From: Mobula birostris
Taxonomy: Eukaryota
Reading direction: 5' to 3'
Assembly: GCF_030028105.1 (NCBI RefSeq)
Contig: NC_092378.1
Coordinates: 109,481,731 to 109,545,730, forward strand
DNA length: 64,000 bases
Within the stretch, counting starts at the first letter, position 1. Every line of letters starts with the position of its first letter. Made by a program: the position numbers and the translations under genes. This document shows positions 13,831-26,492 of this stretch, piece after piece. The notes under the pieces were generated by a model that made no database searches, had not been told where the DNA came from, and saw only the letters and a list, made by a program, of their open reading frames with translations.

Positions 13831-15164
13831 AATGGCGTTGCAGCTACGGCTTTATGTCATGATCTGCATTGTTCTGACTATAACTCAAAATACTCAGCAG
13901 ATGTTTTTATTTTATATGCATGTATTTTCTCTATGCACCGAGTGGTGGCGTTTGCTGCGTAATTTAACCAACGAGAGGATTCTGAAAGCGACAGGTCCGG
14001 TTTAAATACGCCGAAGGATCTTTCCTTATCTTTTGGCAGCCTGTGCATTTTAACCGATGACCAAAAACAAAACACACACAAACTGGAGTTGCTGGAAATC
14101 TAAAACACAGACAGAAAACTGTTCGGATGCACTCAACAAGTCAAGCAACTGATCATTTGAACGGAGGACTGATCAATGTTTCAGAAACCTTTATTTCTCT
14201 CTCCCACTGATGCTGCCTGAGCTGCTGAACACTTCCAGTGATTTCTGTTCTTTATTTCATGCCCTTGCACGGGATCAGTATTGGCACGAAATTTCTGAAA
14301 AATTTTGCACGAGGTTGCACTTTTCTCGAGTCAGTTCTCATTCAGCTTGTAGCCGTTATCTTAGGCTGGACTCCCAGATTCCACAAATACTTCCACCTCT
14401 GTTGAGCAGGACTTTCAAATCTACAAACAATTTTAACTTTGTTAATCATTGAAAGTATTTTTATCTACTCAGTAAAAAACGTTTATGATAATAAACAGCT
14501 CTGTCAAATTTCTTAACCTTCACTGCTTTGAGAGAAGAACCCATGTTTTCAAATCTCTTGGCACAACTGGCAGTCCTTGGAACTTTTTTCATCTCTTCTA
14601 ACTTTTTGAAAACTTTGGCATTTTTTGTAAGGTATGGCACACAGGTTGGAAGTAGTACTCTAGCTGAGACCAAACCCACTGTTTTAGTTCAACATAACAT
14701 TTTAATTGTGTGTTCTTTTCTGCTGTTCATAAAGTCATATATTCTATTTACATTTTAATAGGCTTCTCAGCTGATCTATCACCTCAAATAAAATTGAGCA
14801 ACTCAACCCTTGTCTCATTGCTCCTAGACTTCGTTTGAATGAAAAGAAATTTCTCTTATTTGAAAAATCCCGGTCCTGCTGAAGGTCTCAGCCCAAAATG
14901 TCAACTGTACTCTATTTTCCATAGATGCTGCCTGGCCTGCTGGGTTCCTTCAGCATTTTGAGCATGTTGCTTGGATTTCCAGCAACTGCAGATTTTCTCT
15001 TGTTTGCCTTCGGTCCTCAAAAATGTTCATTTTTGAACTGAATTTTAATATATTTACTTTTCAATATTTTGAAGTCTAATTTTGATAGAAGCACTGTGCT
15101 TTCTAAAAATAAGTGTGAATATTGCCATCTCTAGTTATTTCCAAACCACAGAAAGCTTAAAACG

Positions 15165-15990
15165 AATGCTGTGTTCAATTCCCTCCGCTGTCTGTAAGAG
15201 ATTTATATATTCTCCCCACGTCCACATGGGTATCCTCCAGGTGCTCTGGTTTCCTCCCACATTCCAAAGATGTATGGGTTAAGGCTGATTTATACTTGTG
15301 CATCAAATGTACACCACAGGTACAGCATAGCCGCATACCCTCCGCTGTACTCTATGCCAAACCCTACGCCATAACCTAACGCACACCTCTCCCAAAATGT
15401 AACTATGCGTCGCGGCGTTGCAGACCGCAACAACTATGATTGGTCCGCTTGGTAGCATCACATTTCCTCCTACGCTGCAATAGCTTGCCATTGGGCGACT
15501 GAAGGGCAAGGAAGGAACTCTGGCTGCAATGCTTTCCATAAAGCTTTACAGACCTCTGAAATTATGGAGGACCCTGTGCTTGATGCCAGTTTGTAGCTAG
15601 CTGCTACAGCCTGTTGACTTCCACCTGAAGCTGAAACTCGAATGGTGATTGCCAGTCTCTGAGTATACTGTGCGTACACTGATGCAAAATAAATGGTTGG
15701 AGACGATGAACCAAATCGTCAAATCTACCTGCTGACATCCGAAAATATTTGAAATGCATTTCCTCATCCATGTCTCTCAGTGGCTTGCGTAGGCTACGGC
15801 ATGAGCTAGTACGCACAAGTATAAATCAGCCTTAAGGGTTAGTAAATTGTGGGCATGCTATGTTGACACTGGAAGCGTGGGTTGTTCTCAGCACATCCTT
15901 GGACTCTGTTAGTTACTGATACAAAATCAAAGCATTTCATTGTATGCTTCAATGTTTCAATGAATGTGTGACAAATAAAGATAATCTTTA
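15165..15990 (+). mobile_element. tRNA-derived SINE (V-SINE-like), split by the Harbinger element
   Basis: B-box-like GTTCAATTCC, central TCTCCCC...GGTTTCCTCCCAC core shared with the SINEs at 29095 and 59965. Confidence 0.65.
15283..15831 (-). mobile_element. Non-autonomous PIF/Harbinger deletion derivative nested in a SINE
   Basis: 19-bp perfect TIR GGCTGATTTATACTTGTGC, TTAA on both flanks; internal Harbinger transposase N-terminal remnants (FKYFRMS..RFDDLV; [24 protein letters not shown]). Confidence 0.85.
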
Positions 15991-16359
15991 TCATTAACAA
16001 CTATTTGTATTTTAATAGTGCCCTTGACATAATAAAATACCTTCATATGCATGCTAACCGAAGATTTAAGAGAAAAAATCAGAAGAACACAGATGTTGCA
16101 TTAAACTAAAAATAAATGGCAAACAATTCTGAGAGAAAGTCTTTGACTTAAGATATTATCTCAGTTTCACTTTTCTGCTTACAGAAAGTTTCCATTTTAA
16201 TTATGAAAGATTTGGGTAAGTCCAGGTAAGGTAAGTCAAGAGCTCACTACAGACAAGCCAGAGAGCTACGTTGGTAAGAACTGAAGGCTTCTCAAAATTC
16301 AAAGTAAATTTATTATCAAATATACATGTCACCATAAACAACCCTGAGATATACAATCT

Positions 16360-18440
16360 ATCTCAATATGCAGGACTAGACTGTGGATTCAGAGAAGTCA
16401 AATGGTGGGGGTGTGTGCTTTATGATAAACTCTTTGTACTTCTCCAATGCAATGGCCTTGTTGTACTCTTGTTCCCTGACCTGGAACATGTAATGATTAA
16501 GTGCTGACCAGTCTACCTACCGAGAACGTGATCCTGACCAGAGTTTACATATCGCCAAAGGCGGATGTTAAACAGGCACTCAGGGTATTGAGTGCTGCCA
16601 TCAGCAATCAAGAAACAGCCTGCCCCAATGCTTTTCAAATCATTGTCAGGAACTTAAAACGGGCTTGCTCGAAGAAATCTCTGCCCAATTAACATCAACA
16701 TATTATTTGTTGCACCAGGGTTCCCAACATACTCGACCACTGCTATACTATGTTTAGGAATGCCTACTGTTTCATGCCCAGAATGTATTTTGGGAAATCT
16801 GATCACTTGGCTGCCCTCCTCCTACCTGCATACAGGCAGAGGCTAAAGAGCAAGGCTCCAGAGGTAAGAACAATAATGAGATAGGGTATCGTGCACAATT
16901 CTGATTTGATGGAGACAGACGTGAGAAGCACAGAGGAACATCTGGAGAAACTTCTGAAATGCCCGGTTCGTTGCTGCTGCTACTGTGCGATCCAGAATCT
17001 CAGGAGGGAAGGCCCCAAATCCTCGGCTTTGCCTGCTGCTGGCGGCCGGGGCTGGGGTCGAAGCGCTTGGCAGGGATGGTGCTCGGTGCTCGGTGTCGGA
17101 GGGCTGGTTGGAGGCTCGAAGTTTTTAGATGACTCAGAGTCGGACTGGTCGGGCATGGCAGGGAGAGTTTTCTTCCTTCTCCCATCTGCGTCAGATGTGG
17201 GACTTTCGAGAGACTTTGAACTTTTTTTTACCATGCCCATGGCCTGATCTTCATCAAGTTACAGTATTGCTTGCACTGTTGTAACTATATGTTATAATTA
17301 TGTGGTTTTTGTCAGTTTTTCAGTCTTGGTCTGTCCTGTGTTTCTGTGATATCACATCGGAGGAATATTGTATCATTTCTTAATGCATGCATTACTAAAT
17401 GACAATAAAAGAGGACTGCGTGTCCTCATAATCTACTCTAAAAAAAAAGAGGCAGAGGAGAGGCTATGGGATTGTTTCGAGTTGGTGGACTGGGCTGTGT
17501 TCAAAGCACCTGAATGAATACACTATGGTTGTCATGGACTTTATAAAAATAGTTGTAGGTGAGTGTGACCTCACAAAATCATTCATAGTCTTCCCCAACC
17601 AGAAGTCCTGGTTGAAACATGAGAATGAAAACATGCTGAGGGCCAGATCAGTGGCATTCATGTCTGGCAACTAAATAAAGTACAAGAAGTTCTGTTGCGA
17701 TCTCTGGAAAGCAACCTCACGTACGAAGTGGCAATTGTGGACCAAATCTGAGTCACTGAAGTATGCTGGACAGCTGTGACAGGGCTTCAATGCTATCAGC
17801 TCCTACAAAGTGACAGGTTTCACTCCCTGATTAGCTCAATCAATGCCTTTACGCTTGTTTTGACTGTCAGACCAGGGCGGCGCCTTCACGAACTCCACAG
17901 CCCCAACGACCCTGTGATTTCAGTCTCTGAGGCTGACGTCAGGAGGCTGAACCCACAGAGAGCGGATGGGGTACCTGGTCAAGCACTAAACCCCTATGCT
18001 GATCAACAGGCTGGAGTGTTCACCAATAGCTTTAACCTCTCACTTTGACAGCTTGAGGTACCTCAGATCCAACACCACCAAGTTCAGGAACAGTTATTAC
18101 CCCTCAACTATCGAGATTCTTGAACAAGAGGGGATAACTTCACTCGCCCCATCTCTGAACTGTACATACAACCTAATAAATCACTTTCAAAAACTCTTCA
18201 TCTCATGTTCTCAATATTTATGGCTTATTTATTTATTTATTATTATAATTTCTACTTGTTTCTTTCTTTGTATATTTGCACAGCTTGTTGTCTTTTGGTT
18301 GTTTATCCATCCTACTGAGTCCAATCTTTCACTGATTTTTATTGTGTTTCTTGTATTTACTGTCAATGCCTGCAAGAAAATTAATCTCAGGGTCTTATAT
18401 GATGATATATATGTCCTTTGCTAATAAATTTATGTTGAAC
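16360..18440 (+). mobile_element. Rex1/Babar-type LINE remnants, interrupted by another element's 3' end (about 16886-17440)
   Basis: Endonuclease remnant VYISPKADV, PNQK.W motif, ADQ.AGVFT..FNLSL and FRNSYYPSTI C-terminal motif. Confidence 0.7.
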
Positions 18441-18730
18441 TTTCAAGTTTATACTTTGAAGTAGTGAAATAGTTTTCCTTTCACTCCTGGATATTTTTGG
18501 CATCTCTAAGCCTGAATGCTTGAAGCCTCAGTGAGCAAAACAGTTCTGAATTCTCTTACTGCTTATTTCTAGCCAACTATCAGTGACAAAAAATATCAAA
18601 TTTTAAAAAAATGTTTTTTGAACACAAATACGTGCTATTTAAAAACTGTTTGCTCTAAGTACAGGGTCGTGTCTAACAACCACATTTGTGCACGAGACTG
18701 ATGCTAGTTAGAAATTGTTCGGCAGTTTTC

Positions 18731-19563
18731 TCAGCAACACACACAAAATGCTGGAGCAACTCAGCAGGCCAGGTAACATCCATGGAAAAGAGTACAGTCA
18801 ATGTTTCAGGCCAAAACCCTTCATCAGTCCCAGAGAGGAAGGGAAAGAGTCAGAGTAAGAAGGTGGGAGGAGGGGAGGAAGAAGTACAAGATGACAGGTG
18901 ATGGGAGAAACCAGGGGAGAGGGAGGGGTGACATAAGGGGGAGGAGCACCAGGGGGAGGTGATGGGCAAGGAAGGAGAAAATGTGAGAGAGGGAAAGAGG
19001 AATGGGTGATGGTGAAGAAGGGGGGGATTGCAATTACTGGAAGTTTGAGAAATCGCTGTTCATGCCACCAGGTTGGAGGCTACCTGGACAGAATATAAGC
19101 AGTTACTCCAACAAACTGAGTGTGGCTTCATCCTGGCAGTTGAGGAGGCTATGGACTAACATGCTGGAAAGCGAATGGGAAGTAGAACTGAAATGGGTGG
19201 CCACTGGGAGATTCCACTTTTTGTGGCAGATGGAGTGAACGTGTTCGGTGAAGTTGTCTCCCAATCTATGTCTGTCCTCACCAATATACAGGAGGCTACA
19301 CCAGGAGCACTGCATACAGCAGATGATACCTCCCTCACTACCAGCAAAGGGAACACGAGTCACACCTTCCCCTACACCTCCTCCCTCATTACCATTCACG
19401 GGAATAAGTGCCACATCTGCCCCTACGCCTCCTCCTGAAGAACTGCCTCAGTCCGAAATGTCAACTGTTTATTCATTTGCATAGATACTGCATGATCTGC
19501 TGAGTTCCTCCGGCATTTTGAGTGTGTTGCTCTGGATTTCCAGCATCTGCAGACTTTCTTGTG
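18731..19563 (-). mobile_element. Penelope-like fragment, minus copy followed by a short plus-strand copy (inverted arrangement)
   Basis: ORF 19103-19414 contains LLYIGE..RLGD..VATHF; pseudo-LTR termini point outward at both ends. Confidence 0.75.
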
Positions 19564-19734
19564 CTTTTGGCAACTTGCTTCTTGTCCCACTTAGGCAGCA
19601 TAGCGTCCCACGAAGGGAATACTGGCAATTTTCTCGATTAGTTTTGTTCTTTAAGATTTGCCCTAAATAAGTGGGTGCCCCAATTAACCAATGGCCCATT
19701 TAATTAGAATCCACTGTATTTAATGACGTATCTG

Positions 19735-20480
19735 CTACTGCTTCACTGAGCAGATGATTCCACAGATTCAGTGCTTTCTTAGAAAAGCAGTTTCTCTGCA
19801 TCTCCATCCTAAATCTACTCCCCCAAATCTTGAGGCTATGTCCAGAAACAAGTGGAAACAACTTTTCTGCCACCATCCAATCTACCTATTTCATAATTTT
19901 ATATGCTTTTATAATATTCCCTCTCATTCTTCCGAATTCCAGTGAGTATAGTCCTAGGTGACTCCATCTTTCCTCATAGGCAAATTTCCTCATTTCCAAT
20001 ATCAACCTGGTGAACCTCTTCTGCACTGCCTCCAAAACCAAAACCAAAATATATATTTTCTCAAGGAAGTAGAGCAGAGCTGTATGAATTACCCCAGGTG
20101 CAGCCTCTCTGTTACCCTGTACATTTGCAACATAACCTTCTGTGTCTTAAAATCAGCCCCTCTAGAAATTAAGACAAACATTCCATTTCCCTTCTTGATA
20201 AACTGCTGCACCTGCAAAACCTTTTACGATTCAAGAAGATGTACTCCCAAGACCCTGTGTCTCTACAATCTTTCACCATTTAAATAATAAACTGAATGGT
20301 GTTCCAAAGTGGTTGGCCTTGTATTTACCAATATTGTACTCCATCTGCCAGAGCCTCGCTCATTTGCTTAACCTAGCTATATCGCTTTGCAGACTTTTCA
20401 CACCCTCTGCACAGTTTAGTGTTATCAGCAAACTTTGATACACTATCTTTGGTCCCCTCTGCCAAATCATTAATGTAATT
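19735..20480 (-). mobile_element. Degenerate CR1 3' fragment
   Basis: Similarity to the 3' region of the other CR1 copies. Confidence 0.6.
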
Positions 20481-20824
20481 TCAGCATTCCCTCCAATTTA
20501 TTCATTAACCTAACTTGCAAATAAATTGTTGTTTTCACATCAAGGTCCCATGCTCCTGAAACACCTTTCCCAAGATCACTGGGAATATCCTTTGTTGGGG
20601 CACTGCAGCATTGAAGGAGGCAGCTCACCGTTTCTTCAAGGGCAATTAGGAACAGTTAGGTGGGATTTTGATTTTTTTCAGCGACACATCCAGATTTGCA
20701 ATTAAACACTTCAAATTACATAATTAATTATTTTTTCAAAACTGCTAACAAATGCTACTTTGTTGCAATTCTATTTGTTGGGCTTTAGAGATTAGTTTAC
20801 CTATGTTATTATAATCTACAATGA

Positions 20825-21260
20825 TGTCTCGGAATTTCCCCGGTTACGCTGCTTCTTTGCAAGGGGAATGAGCGGCGCATGCGCAGCTCCTGTCCTGCGG
20901 GTGCAGAGGATTTCGAGTGGAGACGGCGCCTGGAGCTCCGTAGTACGGCTGCTTGATATTGCCGTGTTGGACGCTAGAGTGGTATGTAAGCTTAAGCAGA
21001 AACAGCGTGAAATAGTTTAAAAGGGGCGAAAGTTGGCTTTTTCACTGAATGTAAGAAAATCAGTTTTTCTATGACCGATCATTGCTGCTGGGGGACGCTC
21101 GCAGCCTTTTTCAGCCTGATTTGTTTTCGGGGGCAGGGCCTTGTCGGGGTTGTAGTCTGTATGTCGCGCAATCCCGTAACTCTCTATCTGTGATTGTAAC
21201 CATTGAACTACATCTCCCAGCGACCCCGCGATTCGCGCCTGCGCAACGATCAAACCTGTC
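20825..21260 (+). promoter_or_regulatory. CDIP1: CDIP1 CpG-island promoter and non-coding first exon
   Basis: CpG-rich island in AT-rich DNA; NRF1-type GCGCATGCGCA at 20875-20885; NF-kB-type GGGAAATTCC (minus, 20831-20840); splice donors GTG|GTATGT (20982) and TAT|GTAAGC (20986). Confidence 0.65.
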
Positions 21261-21793
21261 AAATGTCAAGGCCGTAAATTCTAAGATTGTTATAACTACT
21301 GTAACTGATTCTGTTCTCGGATGACTAGAACATAATTCCTAGTCTTAACTGTGCCACAAGGTAGTCTTGTAAAATTTATATTTTGGCTATCAGCAACAAA
21401 ATTTATCTGCAATACTTTGTTAGAGCAGCTTCGCTAAAAATTCTCGATAATGCAACATCATTCAGTGATAACAAAATGGATTTGTTACGTTAATATTAAA
21501 AGAGACTTATCAAAATAATTTTGCTTAGTGCAAGTTTATTATTGTATGTACAAATGAAATGTAGAAGCCAGCCTCTGAGATAATGGAATTTGAATATTAA
21601 TATTTCAGTCGTTATATATTATACTATATTAATGTATGTTTGGTTAGCCTGGAGTGTTCATTTGGTATTTATCAGCTGTAACACATTTATATGGTGTTTG
21701 AAAAGTGTGTTTTTCATTTTGGTGTTGTATGTAGATAATTTGAGTGTCTCCCCATTTAATGCAATACTCTCTCATATGTTCTCCTGTCTTCAG

Positions 21794-21827
21794 ATATAAT
21801 ACTTAAACGTGGAGTTACAATTGTCAG
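21794..21827 (+). other. CDIP1: Candidate 34-nt non-coding 5'UTR exon of CDIP1
   Basis: Pyrimidine tract TTCTCCTGTCTTCAG| followed 34 nt later by CAG|GTGAAA; no transcript evidence. Confidence 0.4.
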
Positions 21828-23219
21828 GTGAAATAGATCCTCTGTGGATGTTGTGGTTAAAAGTTGTTGTGTATTTTGAATACTTTCGAAACTTTGATTA
21901 AAATCAATGTTATTATTAGATTAGATTAGGTTCAACTTTATTGTCATTGTGCCGAGTACAGATACAAAGCCAATGAAATGCATTTAGCATCTGACCAGAA
22001 ATGCAAAGAATAGTGTTATTTACAAAATAACTGTGAATAAAAGAAGTGCTACAGCACATGAATATAAAGGTGCTGAGACAGTACTTTTATATTTGTGCCT
22101 GTTATGTTGCCTTTTGTCTCAATTTGTCATGTCGGTTTTTCAAATATTTACTTTTTTCATTTTATAAACTGAGTTGCATTTATTGTTAACTGGAGATGTA
22201 TTGTCTTAATGCACATTATATTTTCATTTCTCATTTTTCCCTGAGAGCATTAAAATCTTTGCAGATGTGAAATGATTTGCAATATTGGATTCTACTGTAC
22301 TTGAATATAATTCTATAATTAATTTTTGAAGTTTTAATATTAAAAATTTCAATTTAACTTGATGTAAAATTGTAATACATTATTTCTTAAATAATGCGTG
22401 AGGAGATCGTTTTTAGCACGTCTAAGTTTTGCTTTTATGTTCTTAGACTTCGTGGATCTGCACCCTCCAAATCCAGTGTCTTGTTGTCCCCTTCTGCACT
22501 ATTCTTCATCTTGCTCATTGAAAACTGCAACCAGTGTCCAAATTGCACTACTTCATGAGCACCTATCAACTTTCTGCCTATATTGAAGCTTTGTAAGACC
22601 TGGCATTAACGTTTAGAAGACATAACCTGGTTTTCTTTTCAAATCTTTTTATTATTATTATCCAAAATTAACAAGAGTACATCGAAGTAAGCAACACTTA
22701 CAGTGTCTCAAGAAAGAAAACATTATTTTAAAGATTGAAAAAATTGTAGTGACCAAAAAAAAGAGGGGAAAAAACCCTACTAAGCAAGAAAAAGTGAGGG
22801 GGGGGGAAAAAAACCCCATTAGGTGTTCAACACCGGAGCCATGCATCATCCAAAAAGCTTCTAAAGATAAACATCAAACCACCAGCAAGAAAAAAAAAAG
22901 TACCAAAAATTTACAATTAGATTGTGGAGGAAATCTATCAATTAACTCAAATGATAGTAATGAGCAAATGAACCCCATATTTCTCAAAATCAAACATAGT
23001 TTCAAAGATTCGACTTCAAATGTCTCCCAGACACAGTCAGGATCAAAATTGGAATCAGATTTAATGTCACTTTTTTCACAAACACAAGAAGATCTACAGA
23101 TGCTGGAAATGTTGGAGGAGCTCAGCAGGCCAGGCAGCATCTATGGAAGAGAGTAAAGAGTCGACCAATTGTGCTGAGACCCTTCATCAGGACTGGGTGG
23201 GGGGGGGGGAAGATAAGAG

Positions 23220-25470
23220 GTCATTGTTTTATGGCAGCAGTGCAGTACAATACATAAAAATACAATAAATTACATTAAGGTTATATGTATAAGTTAAATC
23301 AAATAGTGCAAAAAGAGAGCAAACATAGTGAGGTAGTGTTGATGGGTTGTTTGATTGTCCATTCACAAATCTGAGTGTTTCTTCAGACTCCGTACTTCCT
23401 TTCTAATGGTAGTAGTAAGAAGAGCACATATCCTGGGTGATCGGGGGTCCTTAATGATGAATGCCACTTCTTTGAGGCATTGCCTTTTGAAGATGTTCTC
23501 GATGCTGGTGCCCACAATGAAGCTGTCTCAAGTCTGCAATCCTCTGCAGCTTTTTCCAAGCATGTACAGTGGCCCCTCCATTACTGATGGCGATGCAGCC
23601 AGTTGGAATGCTGTTTACTGATCATCTGTAGAAGTTTGCTGGAGTCATTGGTGACGTCCTAAATCTCATCAAACTGCTAATGAAATGTAGCCACTAACAT
23701 GCCTTCTCCATAATTATGTCAATATGTTGGGCCTAGGATAGATCTTCAAAGATGTTGGCACCCAAGAATCTAGAGCTGCTCACCCTTTCCAGCGCTGATC
23801 CCTCGATGAGGAACAGTGTGTATTCCCTCAAGTTCCTCTTCCTGTAGTTCACAATCAATTCCTTGATTTTACTGACATTGAGTGCAAGATTGTGACACAG
23901 TCAGCCAGCCAATGTATCTCACTCCTGTCCGCCTCCTCTTCACCATCTGAGATTCTGCCAAATACAGTTGTCATCAGCAGATTTATAGAAGGTGTTTGAG
24001 CTGTGCGTAGACGCATAGTTGTGAGTATAGAGAGATAGAACAGCAGGCTTAGCACTCATCCTTGAGGTGTGCCTGTATTTAATGTCAGTGAGGAGGAGAT
24101 GTTATTACTGCTCCGCAACACTTAACTCCAGTCCTGATGAGGTCAAGGATCTAGTGCAGAGGGAGGCCCAGGTTTTGGAGCTTGGTGATTAGTTCTGATG
24201 ACGTGATGGTGTTGAACGATGAACAGTAATCAATAAACAGCAGCCTGTCATAGGTATTGTTGTTGTCCAGGTGGTCCAAGGCCGACTGGAGAGCCAGACC
24301 TATTGTGGCGGTAGCCAAATTGCAGTGGTCAGGAGTTAATTCTAGCCATGATCAACCTCTGAAAGCACTTCATCACAGGAGATGTGAGTGGAACTGGGTG
24401 CTAGTTGTTGGGGAAGCTCACTCTGCTCTTGGGCACTGGTATGACTGTCACGCTTTTGAAGAGGTGGGCACTTCTGGCTGCAGCAATGAGAGATTGGAGA
24501 TGTCCTTGAACAGTCCTGCCAGCTTAGATTTTCAGTGCGCTACCGCATACACTGTCAGGGCCTGATGCCTTGTGAGGGTCCACTCTCTTGAAAGATGCTC
24601 TGATGTTGGCTGTTAAGACTGAGATCATAGGGTTACCAAACACTGCAGGGATTTGCACAGGTGTTATTTTATTAACCACTTTCAGAACATGCAAAAAAGA
24701 TATTGATCTTATCTGGGAGTAAAACATTACAGCCATTCATGATAAGTTTTGCTTTGTAGGAAATAATGGTCTGCAAATCCTGCCAGAGCTGATGTACATC
24801 CAGTTTTGTCAATTGGAATTGCTTTATCACTCTTGCAATAGCCTACTGTAGGTCGTACCTCTACTACTTGTAGAGTTCTGCATCACTGGTCTTGAATGCC
24901 ACAGGCCTAGCCTTCAGCGGACTGTGCATCTCCTGATTCATCCATGGCTTCTGGTTTGGCTATGTCCGGAATGTTTTCAAAGGCTTACACTCATCCACGC
25001 AGGTCTTTGTGAATTTGGTGACAGCTGTGATATATTCATTCAGATTCAAAGATGAGTTCCTGAATATTGTGCAGGCTTCCAATTCGAAGCAGTCTCGTGC
25101 ACACTCCTCCACCTCCCTTGACCATACCTTCATGATCCTCATGACTGCTGCTGTGGTCCTGTACGCTAGGAGTGCAAATACAGCCAGGTGGTAAGACTAG
25201 CCAAAGTGTGGACGTGGGCAGGCATGGGTGTAACAGTGGTCAAGTGTGTTGGTTTCGCTAATTCCACAGGGGTTATGTTGGTGGTATTGATCAAGCTTGC
25301 ATGGTTGAGATTTCCTCCAATGATCAGGAAGGCCTCAAGGTGCATGATTGCTAAACTTGGTGCTTAGCTCTTTCAGTGCTTGTCTGACGTTGGCCAGGCG
25401 TGAAATGTACATCACTACCAGAATAACAGTGGAAAACTTACTTAGCAGATAAAATGGACAACACTTGAGA
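23220..25470 (-). mobile_element. Rex1/Babar-type LINE remnant
   Basis: KASGPD, DCFE..W..F and CVDEC motifs on the minus strand; many stops and frameshifts. Confidence 0.75.
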
Positions 25471-25905
25471 GCTGATGTTCCAGAATCTTTCAAGATGACT
25501 TAAAAAACCTACTACTTTGTCTTTGTATCTCTTTTATGGCATGTAGTCTAATTTAGGGAATTCTGTTGGGAAAATGGTGACACTGTCCAGGGCAAAATTT
25601 TCTTTTAATTGGAGAGCTGATCAACTATTTATGTTCTACAGAACTGTGGCATCTTGCTAAAGCTTCTTTGGCAGTGTCCCTCAAAATATGAACTTCCACC
25701 TAAGAAAAACATTGCTCCCATTGCTTATGTCATGAAGACTTTATTGAGTTCTTCGTAGCCACTAAATTACTCCAGTAGTCTAATTATTAATGTAGAAATA
25801 TAAATGTCTGTAGCTATATTCCCTTGTGTAGTTGAAGAAAGCTGCTCATCACCACCAAAATGAATATCTCAGGATGCTGGTATTCATTTATAAATAATAA
25901 TAAAA

Positions 25906-26492
25906 CACATTTTAATTCCACATCCCATTCCCATTCTGACATGTCTATCCACGGCCTCCTCTACTGTAAAGATGAAGCCATACTCAGGTTGGAGGAACAA
26001 CACCTTATACTCCGCCTGGGTAGCCTCCAACCTGATGGCATGAACATTGACTTCTCTAACTTCCGCTAATGCCCCACCTCCCCCTCGTACCCCGTCCGTT
26101 ATTTATTTTTATACACACATTCTTTCTCTCACTCTCCTTTTTCTCCCTCTGTCCTTCTGACTATACCCCTTGCCCATCCTCTGGTTCCCCCCCCCCCCCG
26201 TCTTTCTCCCCGAACCTCCTGTCCCATGATCCTCTCATATCCCTTTTGCCAATCACCTGTCCAGCTCTTGGCTCCATCCCTCCCCCTCCTGTCTTCTCCT
26301 ATCATTTTGGATCTCCCCCTCCCCCTCCCACTTTCAAATCTCTTACTAACTCTTCCTTCAGTTAGACGAAGAGTCTCGGCCTGAATCGTCGACTGTACCT
26401 CTTCCTAGAGATGCTGCCTGGCCTGCTGAGTTCACCAGCAACTTTGATGTGTGCTGCTTGAATTTCCAGCATCTGCAGAATTCCTGTTGTTT
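25906..26492 (+). mobile_element. Penelope-like 3' fragment, same subfamily as 29886-31342
   Basis: THFNSTSHSHSDMSIHGLL...LGSLQPDGMNIDFSNF C-terminus plus pyrimidine-rich 3' region closely matching the reverse complement of 29886-30470. Confidence 0.88.

Noticed and set aside
16891-17247. GC-rich ORFs suggesting a small gene or promoter
   Set aside because: Lies inside an insertion interrupting a LINE remnant; its tail recurs in reverse at about 52680-52755, so it is a repeat 3' end.
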